DNA from: Octopus bimaculoides
Lineage: Eukaryota
Direction of reading: 5' to 3'
DNA: 64,000 bases
Assembly (NCBI RefSeq): GCF_001194135.2
Contig: NC_068981.1
Coordinates: 126,989,097-127,053,096, forward strand
The position numbers were made by a program, and so were the translations under genes. Position 1 is the first letter of the stretch, and every line of letters begins with the position of its first letter. Of the stretch, positions 35,300 through 46,677 are shown in pieces. Below the pieces are notes generated by a model. It saw only the letters and a program-made list of their open reading frames with translations, made no database searches and was not told the DNA's origin.

Positions 35300-37803
35300 A
35301 AGAACTAACTGCTGAAGCTGTTGCAACTGCTGCTGCTGCTGCTGTTGCTGTAGCTGCTGTTGCTGCATTTGTTGTTGCTGTAGCTGCTGCTGTTGTAATT
35401 GCTGCAGTTGCTGCTGTTGTAGTGCCAGCTTCTGAGATGCTGCTTGATTTGCAAGCTGCTGGGCAACACGTTGCGGAGAGACAAACTGTCGTGTTTTCTG
35501 TTGTTTGATCAGTTGAGTAAGCTGTTGCGTTATCTGCTGCTGCATCACACTTTGCGACTGCTGCACACTGGACACCGGCTGACCAGCAACTTGAGATGTT
35601 TGTTGCTGCTGCTGCTGTTGTTGTTGTAATTGTTGTTGTAGCTGTTGTTGTTGCAGTTGTTGCTGCAATTGTTGTTGCTGTTGCAGTTGTTGTAGCTGCT
35701 GTAATTGATGTTGCTGCTGTTGTTGCTGCTGCTGTTGTTGCTGCTGCTGTTGTTGCTGTTGCTGCGACATTTGCTGCTGCGCTAAACTGAGTTTCAACTG
35801 TTGCTGACTGACAGTTTGTTGTTGATTTAAAGCTTGTATTAACTGTTGCTGCTGCTGTTGTTGCAATTGCTGCTGCTGTTGTTGCTGTTGTTGTTGTTGC
35901 TGTAATTGCTGCTGTTGCTGCAATTGCTGTTCCAATGAGGTCTGAGCCTGTAACTGGGAAGCCTGTATCACTTGTTGTGATGTCACTTGGGATCTTTGCT
36001 GCTGCTGCTGCTGCTGTTGCATTTGTTGCTGCTGCTGCTGTTGTTGTTGTTGTTGCTGTTGTTGTTGTTGTTGTTGAAGCAACTGGTTTATCTGCTGCTG
36101 AGTAGCCTGAGATAGTTGCTGTGGAGCAGACTGAGCCTTCTGTTGCAGCAGTCCCTGGCTAAGCTGGGCTTGTAGAGAACTAAAACTAGGCTGACTAGCT
36201 GCAGGTGATGCAGCATATGGAGAAGTTGGGGGAGCCCTTGGCTTACCTGAGGCTACATGTTTAGATTTGTCTGAACTTAACTTTGGTTTGCCTGAAGCAG
36301 CCTGGCGGGGTTTAGTAATCAAACCAGTCTGGGGTAGATTCTGTTGGACTACCCGGTGTGCAGAAGCCGTCTGAGCCATTGGATTGGACTGGAGTGTAAT
36401 TGGAGACAGAGCACCAGTTTGTAAAGGTGACGGAGCAGTTGAAGACAGTGGAGACTGGGCAGCAGTAGGGGATGGGACAGGTTGATTCATTGGGGACAGG
36501 GCCGGCTGCTGTAAAGGGGACATTGAGATTTGTGTCATGGGAGAATGTGTGTGCTGACTCATAGGGGACTGAGTGTGTTGACTCATTGGAGAGTGAATAG
36601 TTTGACTGATAGGTGACTGGGCAATAGGAGACATAACAGGATGAGCTATGGGTGATTGGACAGGTTTTGCCATGGGTGAATGAACAGGTTGAGGCATGGG
36701 TGAATGAACAGGCTGTGCCATAGGGGACTGTATGGATTGGATCAAAGGTGAGTGGGCAGGATGCATCATTGGTGATTGGACAGGTTGGTTCAAAGGTGAC
36801 TGAGCAGGAGATTGTACAGGTTGAGCCATAGGAGAATTAGCAAGATAGGATTGAGCTGCTCTGACCACAGAAGGCTGTTGTGCAACCTGGGCAGACTGAT
36901 GAGAGAAGAGGGAAATGCTAGATCGTGAAATACCTGCCACCGAATGAGCTGATTGAGTATTGCTGGCAAAGTGTGAAGCCTGAGTAGATACTGCAAGTGC
37001 AGTGGCAGAAAGAGGAGAGCTGGCAGGTGCACCAATAGGAGAAGTAGGAGCCAAAGTGGTGCTGGTGGTAGTAGTAATGCTGGTGGTAGTAGTAGTAGTA
37101 GAAGTAGTAGTAGTAGTAGTAGTGCTGTTACAGCTAGCATTAGCTGTAGTGGTACCAGATAGTGATTGTGGCACATTTTGTGGAAGAGAAACCCTTGGTT
37201 TATTAAAAAGAGTTATATTAGAGGGGTAAGAGCTTACCATTGGTTCAGTCATGAGAGCTTGGGTTAGAGGTGTGTACTTCGAGGGGCTGACGACAGCAGT
37301 GGTCATGGCTATAGACAAACCAGTGGATGACCCACTTGTCTTGATGGGGCTTTCCACTGATTCTGCTTGAGTCACTTCGGTCGCATTGAACTCAGCATCG
37401 CTTGGAAGTATGCTTTGAGGAACTTTAGTAACAGTGGATGTAGTCTGTGCAGCATTTTTCTCTGCACTCTGACCAGTTTGAGATTTGGGACTGGATAATG
37501 TACGAGGAGACGAGGAGGTGGAACGTAAAGGTGGAGTGTATTTAGAACTCAAGAGACGATTGTGTGAGCTCTTTGCTCCAACAGATCGAGGTGTACCTGG
37601 TGGTGTTATAGAAGGTGCATACTTTTCAGCAGACATTGGCGTTCGAGGTGATGAGAAAAAACGTCCACCTGCTGATCCTCGAGCAGACTTTGGGGTACCT
37701 TTCTTTCGCTGGTCCTTTGTAGCTTCAGTGGCTTTCCTTTGTCGATTAAGATCGTCAAGTACTTTATCCATTCTGGCAACTCTCTTTTTGCCTTTTGATG
37801 AAC
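32642..37803 (-). CDS. PAGR1: PAGR1-like exon 4: end of PAGR1 core (GSSKGKKRVARMDKVLDDLNRQRK) plus ~1700-aa S/T/P/Q-rich tail
   Basis: ttttctcaatccAG acceptor at 37805-37804, phase 1. 5162 nt open to TAA at 32644-32642. Matches human PAGR1 TPGSS..KREARLDKVLSDMKRHKK. AATAAA candidates on - at 32492-32497 and 32385-32390. Confidence 0.88.
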
Positions 37804-38362
37804 CTGGATTGAGAAAAAAAATACCCATGAGAAAATGATAAAGACAAAAAATATAATACAATTTATTTTTCTATTTTATTGTCAAGATATTCCAGAGATG
37901 AATGCTCACCACCTAATAAACTGAAAAAATTCTGAGCAATGTCCACAACCATTTGTTCTATTCTGCATGTATCACTACTAAACACTCCAACCTTACAGAC
38001 TACATATCAAAGTTTTCTTATGGTCACAATACATCCTAAAATCACCTTAGTATGACTAAATACAGAACGAGATCATAGCATAGGTGAGACCATTTCATAT
38101 ATTCAATGTATTTGGTTAATAATCTGCTTTCCAGACCATTATATTTATATTGCTGAGACTGTACGCCTTCACTTAAATTTTTCTTTTTGCTGCTACTTTG
38201 GATCTATAATGCCATGCGAGTGCAGGTGCAATAGTTTATTTGTTGAAGAAACTGTTTTTCTATTTGGATGTCTTTCCTACTACTAACCACAAATATCAGG
38301 TGAGTGTTAAAAGTATATTTTTAGCAGTCAGGGAAACCAGAGCAAGGAATTAAGTATCATAG

Positions 38363-38755
38363 TTGTTGTTGTTGCTGGCACTCCGTCACTTACGACGCCG
38401 AGGGTTCCAGTTGACCCGATCAACGGAACAGCCTGCTCGTGAAATTAACGTGCAAGTGGCTGAGCACTCCACAGACACGTGTACCCTTAACGTAGTTCTC
38501 GGGGATATTCAGTGTGACACAGTGTGACAAGGCTGACCCTTTGAATTACAGGCACAACAGAAACAGGAAGTAAGAGTGAGAGAAAGTTGTGGTGAAAGAG
38601 TACAGCAGGGTTCCCGACCATCCCCTGCCGGAGCCTCGTGGAGCTTTTAGGTGTTTTCGCTCAATAAACACTCACAACGCCTAGTCTGGGAATCGAAACC
38701 GCGATCCTATGCCCGCGAGTCCGCTGCCCTAACCACTGGGCCATTGCACCTCCAC
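38363..38755 (-). mobile_element. tRNA-headed SINE, family C (other copies 51131-51492+, 51690-52046+)
   Basis: GGAGGTGCAATGGCCCAGTGGTTAGGGCAGCGGACTCGC...GGTTTCGATTCCCAGAC head and (CAA)n tail. Confidence 0.85.
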
Positions 38756-39720
38756 GTATCATAGTTAAGAACACAACAAAATGACAATAGAAAGATTTGA
38801 ACCTCTGCCATGTAGTTAGAAGATCAACACGAACTTCTCAGCCACTGTGCTTCATATTCTACAAGAAGAAAAATCTACTTTTCCCTGTAAGGACCAACTA
38901 TACAGTCAAAAGCCTCAATAAAATTAAGAGTTTATTTATCAGAAATATAGCGCAAGCAAACCAAAAACTCTGTTATCAGTGGTGACAGTTTTAATAATAT
39001 GCAGCTAAGGATTACATCAATCTCTAATACTCAAGAAACCTATCATAACATAGCGTTCATTATATGTGACAATAACAGATAATAAGATATCTATCACAGT
39101 TCTATCATAGCTGAGGGTTGGCGACAGGAAGGGCATTCAAGCTGTAAAAAATTTGCCTCAACAAATTTTGTCCACCCCATACAGGTATTGAGAAGTGGAT
39201 GTTGAACAATGATAATGGTGATGATGATAACCAGATTTTATTGATATGCTCATGCAATGGAAAAAGTAAAATAGTCTGCCTTAATCTCCCCAGTGACTTA
39301 GTGGTGACAGAGAGAGAATCCATACAGTCAGTTTGACTGCTAAAGAATGAAACTTACCAAAACAACCAACATAAGTATATATTTTTTTAAACAACCGAAT
39401 TAAAATTGACTCCTAAGCAATGAAGTGATTTCCTGTAACCTTTCCTTTATTTCATATCGAATATCTCACGTAAAATACACCATTTCGAGCATGGTCGTTG
39501 TCAGTACCTCCTGACTGGCCTTTGTGCCGGTGGCACGTAAAAGCACCCACTATACTCTCTGAGTTGTTGGCGTTAGGAAGGGCATCCAGTTGTAGAAACT
39601 CTGCCAAATCAGATTGGAGCCTGGTGTAGCCATCTAGTTCACCAGTCCTCAGTCAAATCATCCAACCCATGCTAGCATGGAAAGCGGACGTTAAACGATG
39701 ATGATGATGATGATCTAGTA

Positions 39721-40038
39721 CAGGCCCGGTCAACTCGAATTACATTGTGGACCACTTTAATCACAGAAAGTTTTTTGAGGGCCGCTTATATACTGACAGA
39801 ATTGAAAGCATTTTGCTTTCTCAAGCTATTATTACAATAATGAATGAATGATCGTTGATTCAACACGAAATATCGTTGCAAAAACAGTATCTTTCTTTTT
39901 TACATTCCATTACAATCTTTAATCTTTGATAAAATTTTTAAAATGCTTGCTTAAATAAACCCATTTCAAGAAGGTATCAAGTGGGCCACAATATAAAAGT
40001 CTGCGGGCTGCATGCAGGCTTCAGGTTGGCCAGCCCTG
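39721..40038. mobile_element. hAT MITE with perfect 8-bp target-site duplication
   Basis: ATCTAGTA at 39713-39720 and 40039-40046; TIRs CAGGCCCGGTCAAC vs CAGGGCTGGCCAAC (11 of 14). Confidence 0.85.
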
Positions 40039-40452
40039 ATCTAGTATGTAGTCTTAACATTTAATTGAACTAATGTATGTAAAGCAGGCATGCATGGATA
40101 ACCAGTTTCAAAAAGTGAACTGCATGAGAAATAACTCATCATCAGACAGACTTCACTACTAAAATAATTCAAGGTAATTATTTTGTTAGACATTGCTTTC
40201 AGAAATTCCCGCTGGCTGCAGGTTGCCTATGTCTGAGGTAAAGTGTCCTGCCTAGAGACATGACAAAAAAATTTATAGCAGATACCAGTACATTATACAT
40301 AATTTCATCTCAACATTTAATGGATATTTCACTCCAATATCAAATAAGATATTAACAATGAGCCTAACAATATGGGAATCTCTCCCACTGCAACAAATAT
40401 TCAACAACTAAACAGATTGGAATGACATATATATATATATATATACACATAC

Positions 40453-40535
40453 CAGGTGTTTTTCTAGGAGTTAGTTTAGTGGTAGATTGCTCTAGGCTGC
40501 CATCATCAAAATCAAATTCTGTAGGTTGTGGCACC
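40453..40535 (-). CDS. PAGR1: PAGR1-like exon 3 (VPQPTEFDFDDGSLEQSTTKLTPRKTPG)
   Basis: tttttttcAG acceptor (phase 2), GTATGT donor (phase 1), 83 nt. PTEFDFDD is the PAGR1 signature. Confidence 0.93.
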
Positions 40536-41220
40536 CTGAAAAAAATAAAAAGTAAGCAAACAAAACCTTTATTAAGGAAAATATTCTTTACATCTTCAGT
40601 AACGAACAATGGCAAATTTGAGAAATTTCCATGTTTATTTATTTTGTTAGTTTGGCAATTATACATGAGAAAAAAAAAATTTTTTTTCATTCCTTGTAGG
40701 AAACATGCAATTATATTACATCAAGCTGCATTCCTAAACAAGGTACATAACTCTGCTTGCTCCAGTTCAACTCCTATATCAGTTGGGTGGTTAACAGTAA
40801 GAAAAAGCATCCAGCTGTAAAAAAACAAAAAAGACAACGGAAAAAAGAAAAAAAAAACCTATTTCTCTAACAACTAAACCAACCTACCATACAAGGATAG
40901 AAATAATGTGGTTCTATTGTTTCCATCCTTGTAAAAGAAAATGTTTCTCCTTTCTAATATCACATCCAATTCTAAGTTACAATTTCTTGGAAAAAAAAAA
41001 AATTATTGCCAATTTTGATACATAAATAATGAGTATCAAGAGTAAAACTTGCTTGACCCCTTCATTTTCTTTCAAAATTGTACTGAAAAGAATGAGAGGA
41101 AACAATATGTTCCACCATTATACAACAGTTTGTTAGCAGCAGCTTCTTAGTGTAAACTTTATTTACAAAGCAGGGACCTCTCTGGCCTTTATATCATGTA
41201 GCACAAAAAATAAATATTTA

Positions 41221-41603
41221 GGCACAGGAGTGGCTGTGTGGTAAGTAGCTTGCTTACCAACCACATGGTTCCGGGTTCATTCTCACTTCATGGCACCTTG
41301 GGCAAGTGTCTTCTACTATAGCCTCGGGCCGACCAAAGCCTTGTGAGTGGATTTGGTAGACGGAAACTGAAAGAAGCCCGTCGTATATATGTATGTGTGG
41401 TATGTGTGTCTGTGTCCTCCTAACATCGCTTGACAACCGATGGTGGTGTGTTTAGGTCCCCGTAACTTAGCGGTTCGGCAAAAGAGACCGATTGAATAAG
41501 TACTAGGCAGCCAAAGAATAAGTCCTGGGGTCGATTTGCTTGACTAAAAGGTGGTGCTCCAGCATGGCCGCAGTCAAATGGCTGAAATAAGTGAAAGAGT
41601 AAA
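41221..41603 (+). mobile_element. tRNA-headed SINE, family A, full length (other copies 8060-8800, 10340-10560, 15280-15580, 18060-18450, 18760-19135-, 26545-26880, 42290-42460-, 45980-46270-, 55050-55230-, 55785-55920-)
   Basis: TGGCTGTGTGGTAAGTAGCTTGCTT..GGTTC head, internal (TA/TG)n tract, conserved GCATGGCCGCAGTCAAATGACTGAAACAAGTAAAAG tail. Confidence 0.88.
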
Positions 41604-43454
41604 GTGTATTCAAGAGTCAATGCTTAGCTCTACTTTCAGAGAGTTAAGCAAATAATAAATATATCTTCCATGTATATAAGAGGAGTCCATTTCAAATAAT
41701 AATTCCAGATGACCTATTCCTGACAAGTGGGTCAACATGTGCACAGCAATGTCACCTAAAGTGGACTGAAGATTCTAGCCATTATCATCAACATCAATTT
41801 TCAATGTCCATTTTTTCATCTGTCAAACTATGTGACCATTGCCAGTTTCATGTGCCAATATACCCTTCGAACTTTGGGCCTCACAGAGGCAGTGAAAAGT
41901 GACAGACCTTTGGCAACATACCATGCTTGAGTTGTAGCCAATGCCGGTGTTTCTTAACTGGCACACATGCTGGTGGCACATAAAAAGCACCCACTACGCC
42001 AACATGGAAAGCAGGTGCTAAATGATGATGATGATGGCATGTGTTAGATGAAACTTTCTGAAAGTAGATTTCTGACAGCCAGATGCTCTTCCCGTCACCA
42101 AACCTTACCTGTTTTCCAAGTTAGATATTTTCCTACCACTGAACCTCACATATTAAAGCAACAAAGCCACTGAAACTACAGGGTGCCTGCTTACTAGAGA
42201 ATGTAAATAAAAGACTCTTTTGCTCAAATGGTGTTAATGAGGAAACATGGGAACATTCACATGCACATAAACATATCCACATGCATGCATGTGCGTAACA
42301 GGTTTCTTTTCAGTTTCCATCTGCCAATTCTATTCACAAGGTATAGGTCAGCTCAAAGCTGACATGGATGACACTGACCTGAGATGTAATGCAGGAGGAT
42401 TGAACCCAAGACCACATGGTTACAAAGCAAACTCTGCAACCATACAACCATACAAGTTACTATATATTTTACTCACACGCCAATGCTAATACTAAAATTT
42501 ACTTCAGTTATTAGCGACAGAAGTAGCCTTTGTCATGAATGCTAATTAGGCAGTTCAAACTAATTTGATGTTGTTTTGAATGCTATAGATGACAAATGCT
42601 AAAAAGATTTCATCAGTACCAGCAGGTAGCATGACTGTATTACGTAATTTCACAAGATGATTTCTTGGGAAATTTACTGTAGTCTACAGCGTTCAAGACA
42701 ATACATCCATGATAGGTGGGACATGCTCATTACTCATGATCATCATCATTTAGCATCAACTTTCCATGCTGTCATGGGCTAGATGGTTTGGTTGGAACTG
42801 ATAAGCTGGAGAGCTGCAAAAGGCTCCAGTCTGTTTTGGCTCAGTTTCTACGGATGGAAGCCCTAATGCCAACCATTCCATAGAGTGTACTGGATGTCTT
42901 ACACATGTCACCAGCACAGGTACCTTTTATGAGTCACTGGCACAGGTGCCTTTTTTACATTACCAATATGGGTGCCTTTTATACATCACCAGCGCAGGTG
43001 GGCTTCAGTCAGATTTTTGTGACTGTTTAGCCAGTGTTAAAATATAACAATTCAACTGATTTTTGATATGGTACTCTGTGTTGCTGATGAACTGTAAGCT
43101 ATGGTGAAATCACATGACACATCATTATCATCCACAAGTACTGACAAAGTTTCATCAACCAATATAATCTATGCTTTTTAACATTCGTCATTTACACAAG
43201 ATCATTTCTTGGGACATTTACCACAGTTTATAGCATTCTAGACAACACATCTGAGTTAGGTTAGATGTGCTAATTATTACTTACTATAATTAAGGCAGTG
43301 AGCTGGCAGAATCCTTAACACATCAAGCAAAATGCTTAGCAGCATTTCGTCTGTCCTTATGCTCTGAGTTAAAATTTTGCCAAGGTCAACTTTACCTTTC
43401 ATCCTTTTCGGGGGTCAGTAAAATAAGTACCAGTCAAGCACTGGGGGTTGATGT

Positions 43455-43995
43455 AATTGATTTACAAGGTGGTATCAAAAAGTTCCCAGGCTAGTTCTGT
43501 AGCACACCAAAAGATGGCAACACATGGTTGTGTGCACAGTGAGAGCTAGCAATGGCCTTCATGGGACAGTGCACCAAGTGACATCGCTGTGCTTGCTTCT
43601 CAAGTTTTTAAATTTGTGTTTTGTGATCATGTGTATGCTGTAGTCTGCGATTTTGTCAGAGACAGGAAGTTGGAACAAAGAGCCAATGTGAAATTTTGCA
43701 TTAATCTTAGCAAGTCTGCTACATAGACATTGAGCATGCTTCAGCAAGCTTATGGCAAAAATGCAATGGCTCATATGTAATGTTTTGAGTGGGACAGGCA
43801 CTTTAAGAGCCAAAGAGCATCTCTGGAAGATAATAATCTGAAAGACCTGCAACGAGCATCACTCCTGGAAATGTGGAGAAAATTCATCAGCTTGTGCATG
43901 AGGATCATCAGAGAGCAATCAATGACATTGCTGAGGTAGTTGATCTGTCGTATGGGTCAGTAAATGCAATCCTAATATCTGTATTGAACATGCAG
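43455..43995 (+). mobile_element. mariner transposon left end and transposase N-terminus, decayed
   Basis: TACAAGGTGGTATCAAAAAGTTCC terminus; EQRANVKFC..QQAYG..CFEW..VEKIHQLVHED..INDIAEVV.LSYGSV. Confidence 0.8.
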
Positions 43996-44936
43996 ATAGA
44001 CAGACGATCTTCACAAAAGTTTTGTAAAGAGAGTTGAATATGCTTTGCTGAGGAGATCTAATACCAGTGAAACATGTCTGTTGCTTTCACCAGTCGGCTT
44101 TAGTAACAAAATGTATTGCCATCTGCATTCGGGATCACATGTAAAATCAAGTCACATGAAGCAAACTTAACCACAGCCATAACTGTGCCTGCCATATAAA
44201 CATTGTAAAATAATTTATTATAATGTTTTACCACTTCTACCAACTCACTATGCTATTTAATTTTACAATAAAAATAAAGTGAAATAAAATTTAAAAAGAC
44301 AGCATAAGTCCACTACCAACCAACTGAATAGCAAAAGTCTGAAATTCAAGGAAACTAGTGATTGTCTGTGTTGGTGACAATTAGTCTGCAGGCGAGTTCT
44401 TGAAAGAGTTTGATAATTTCAATTGCTGTAAGGAATAAATTCCCAGATGAAACCATTCTGGAATTTACTTCAACTTAATCTGAGAAAGAGTCAATGAGGA
44501 AGTCTCTATGCCAGCCAGTAAAGGAACCTTTACACAATCACAGCTTTTAGAAATAAGAAATCATCATCATCATTATTAAACATGTTTTCCATACTGGTAT
44601 GGTTGTATGATTTAACAAGAGATGGTAAGCCAGAGGATTGTGCCAAGCTCCAATGTCTGCTTTGGCATGGTTTCAACCGCTGGAACATTTCCTAATGCCA
44701 ACCACTTTACAGAGTGTATGATGTTTTTTTACATAGCATTAGCACTAGGAAATCTACTTCAAATTACATGCCCATCTTAAAGAAAGGAAAAGAAAAGGAG
44801 AGGATGGTCACAGTTGGATAACCTTTGCTCATAAGTCTGCACAATCAGGCCTGACCTGGAGCTCAACAACAACTACTTACCTGATCCTACAAACACACAC
44901 ATATATACATTCATGCAGTAAAACTATCTTGCTTAC

Positions 44937-45249
44937 TTTTTTTCCTCTTTGTGTTCTTCTATTTTCTGTTCCACAACTAACTTCTGTTCTATGTCCATAT
45001 CTTCATCCTCTTTCTCCACCTCAGGTGGCCTGCGACCAGGACATTTCCATTTAAGAACTGGTAAGCCACCATTGTCCAGTTTCTCAAACATTTCAGCAAC
45101 TTGATCCGGATAAGGGATCCAGAGGCCCTGGAAGACATTATTTGCATTGTATTTCTCATCGTCACTCACATCAACATCAATAATGTCTTCTTCGTCCTCT
45201 ACACGAGAACTCATTTTCCTCACCATCTGGGAAGATTTGGGGGAATTAG
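44937..45249 (-). CDS. PAGR1: PAGR1-like exon 2 (ANSPKSSQMVRKMSSRVEDEED..LWIPYPDQVAEMFEKL..PGRRPP..EEK)
   Basis: Strong polypyrimidine/AG acceptor at 45251-45250, GTAAGC donor at 44936, 313 nt. W.P.P..I..LYE.L and RRP pattern of PAGR1. Alternative starts at ATG 45226 or 45214. Confidence 0.88.
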
Positions 45250-46447
45250 CTAAAAAGAATAAAAAGAAAAAGAAAATAAACAATAGTAAAATTCTAAGAG
45301 GACATTTCTGTGTATTTAAAACATTCATTTTGTTTCTTTTTACATTTAACAAATTAGTTTTAAGGTTAAGAATGTTGGAATACTATATTCACATTCTTCG
45401 CAGAGCATTGTGATCTGCCTTAAGGCAAAGCATGTAACTCAGCTTGCCTCAATTTGTTACTCTTAATTCACTGACAATAAGTTAGCGAATCATCATCATC
45501 ATCATCGTCATTTAACGTCCGCTTTCCATGCTAGCATGGGTTGGACGATTTAACAGAGGACTGGTGAAACCAGATGGCTACACCAGGCTCCAATCTGATT
45601 TGGCAGAGTTTCTACAGCTGGATGCCCTTCCTAACGCCAACTACTCCGAGAGTGTAGTGGGTGCTTTTACGTGCCACCGGCCCGAAGGCCAGTCAGGCGG
45701 TACTGGCAATGGCCATGCTCAAAATGGTGTATTTTACGTGCCACCTGCACAGGAACCAGTTCGGCAGCACTGGCAATGATCTCACTCGAATGTCTTTACA
45801 CGTGCCAGAAAAAGATATCCACTACAAAAATAATTTCATCAATGATATACAAATAATATTCAAATAAGAATAAAATATTCCATTCCCACTTTAGTATAGA
45901 TCAACAAAGGTAAAATTCAGTGCAAAAAAAAAGAAAAGAAAAAAAATCTTAAATCTTTTTTATCATCTATCTTTTATTTGTTTCAGTTATTGGACAGCAG
46001 CCATACAAGGACACCACCTTTCAAGGCAGTTTTTAGTCAATCAGTCTCTTTTGTGAAACTGATAAATTACAGGGACATAAACAAACCAACACCATTTATC
46101 TATCAGTTGGGGGACAGACAACAAAGACAGACATACATAGGTATGTACATACACACTCACAGATATGTACACATGCACACATATATATATTATATGACAG
46201 GCTTTTTCAGATTCCATCTAGCAAATCCATACGCAAGACCTTGGTTGGCTAGGAGCTACAGTAGAAAAAACTTGCACTGAACCTATGTATGTTGAAAAAT
46301 TCTATAAATTCAAACATTTGTTCAGTTGTTTGGATATTACTTATAGCTTGGATATAGGACTGATAATGGCAGCTAGATTATAAATAAATACAAAAAAGAA
46401 AAGAAAAGAAAAACATACTACAAGACACATTCCTGCTTGTGAGATAT

Positions 46448-46677
46448 TGTTACGATCAGACAAATTAATAATGTAAGAAAAAGGGGTAAACTTCTGATTG
46501 TAACAACAAAGTGTTCAAACAGGGAAGTAAATGTTCATATATGGAGATTGGTCTAGGGGTATGATTTTCGCTTGGGTTGCGAGAGGTCCCGGGTTCGTAT
46601 CCCGGACGAGCCCCCAATTTGTTACGATCAGACAAATTAATAATGTAAGAAAAAGGGGTAAACTTCTGATCGTAACA
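46448..46677 (-). mobile_element. 230-bp mini-LTR (TRIM-like) element with 58-bp terminal direct repeats and a tRNA-Pro PBS
   Basis: Repeats 46448-46505 and 46620-46677 (57 of 58 identical), each TG..CA with a 13-bp terminal inverted repeat. ATAT on both flanks (46444-46447, 46678-46681). On -: CA-AAT-TGGGGGCTCGTCCGGGAT. Confidence 0.85.
46548..46616 (+). pseudogene. Retro-copied mature tRNA-Pro (positions 7-76 including CCA); not a functional tRNA gene
   Basis: TTGGTCTAGGGGTATGATTTTCGCTTGGGTTGCGAGAGGTCCCGGGTTCGTATCCCGGACGAGCCCCCA. Lacks acceptor-stem bases 1-6, has an encoded CCA, and shows G34, T37 and T58. Confidence 0.88.

Noticed and set aside
35179-35790. Poly-Ala/Val/Leu ORFs on + and in alternative frames of the large exon
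   Set aside because: Shadow ORFs of the CAG/CAA repeats of the - strand CDS.
43080-43160. C/D-box snoRNA candidate (CTGATGA..CTGA) in a PAGR1 intron
   Set aside because: Imperfect C box and no recognisable rRNA/snRNA complementarity.
46542-46613. Functional tRNA-Pro(GGG) gene
   Set aside because: Acceptor-stem bases 1-6 are missing, CCA is encoded, and it sits inside terminal repeats; it is a cDNA copy.
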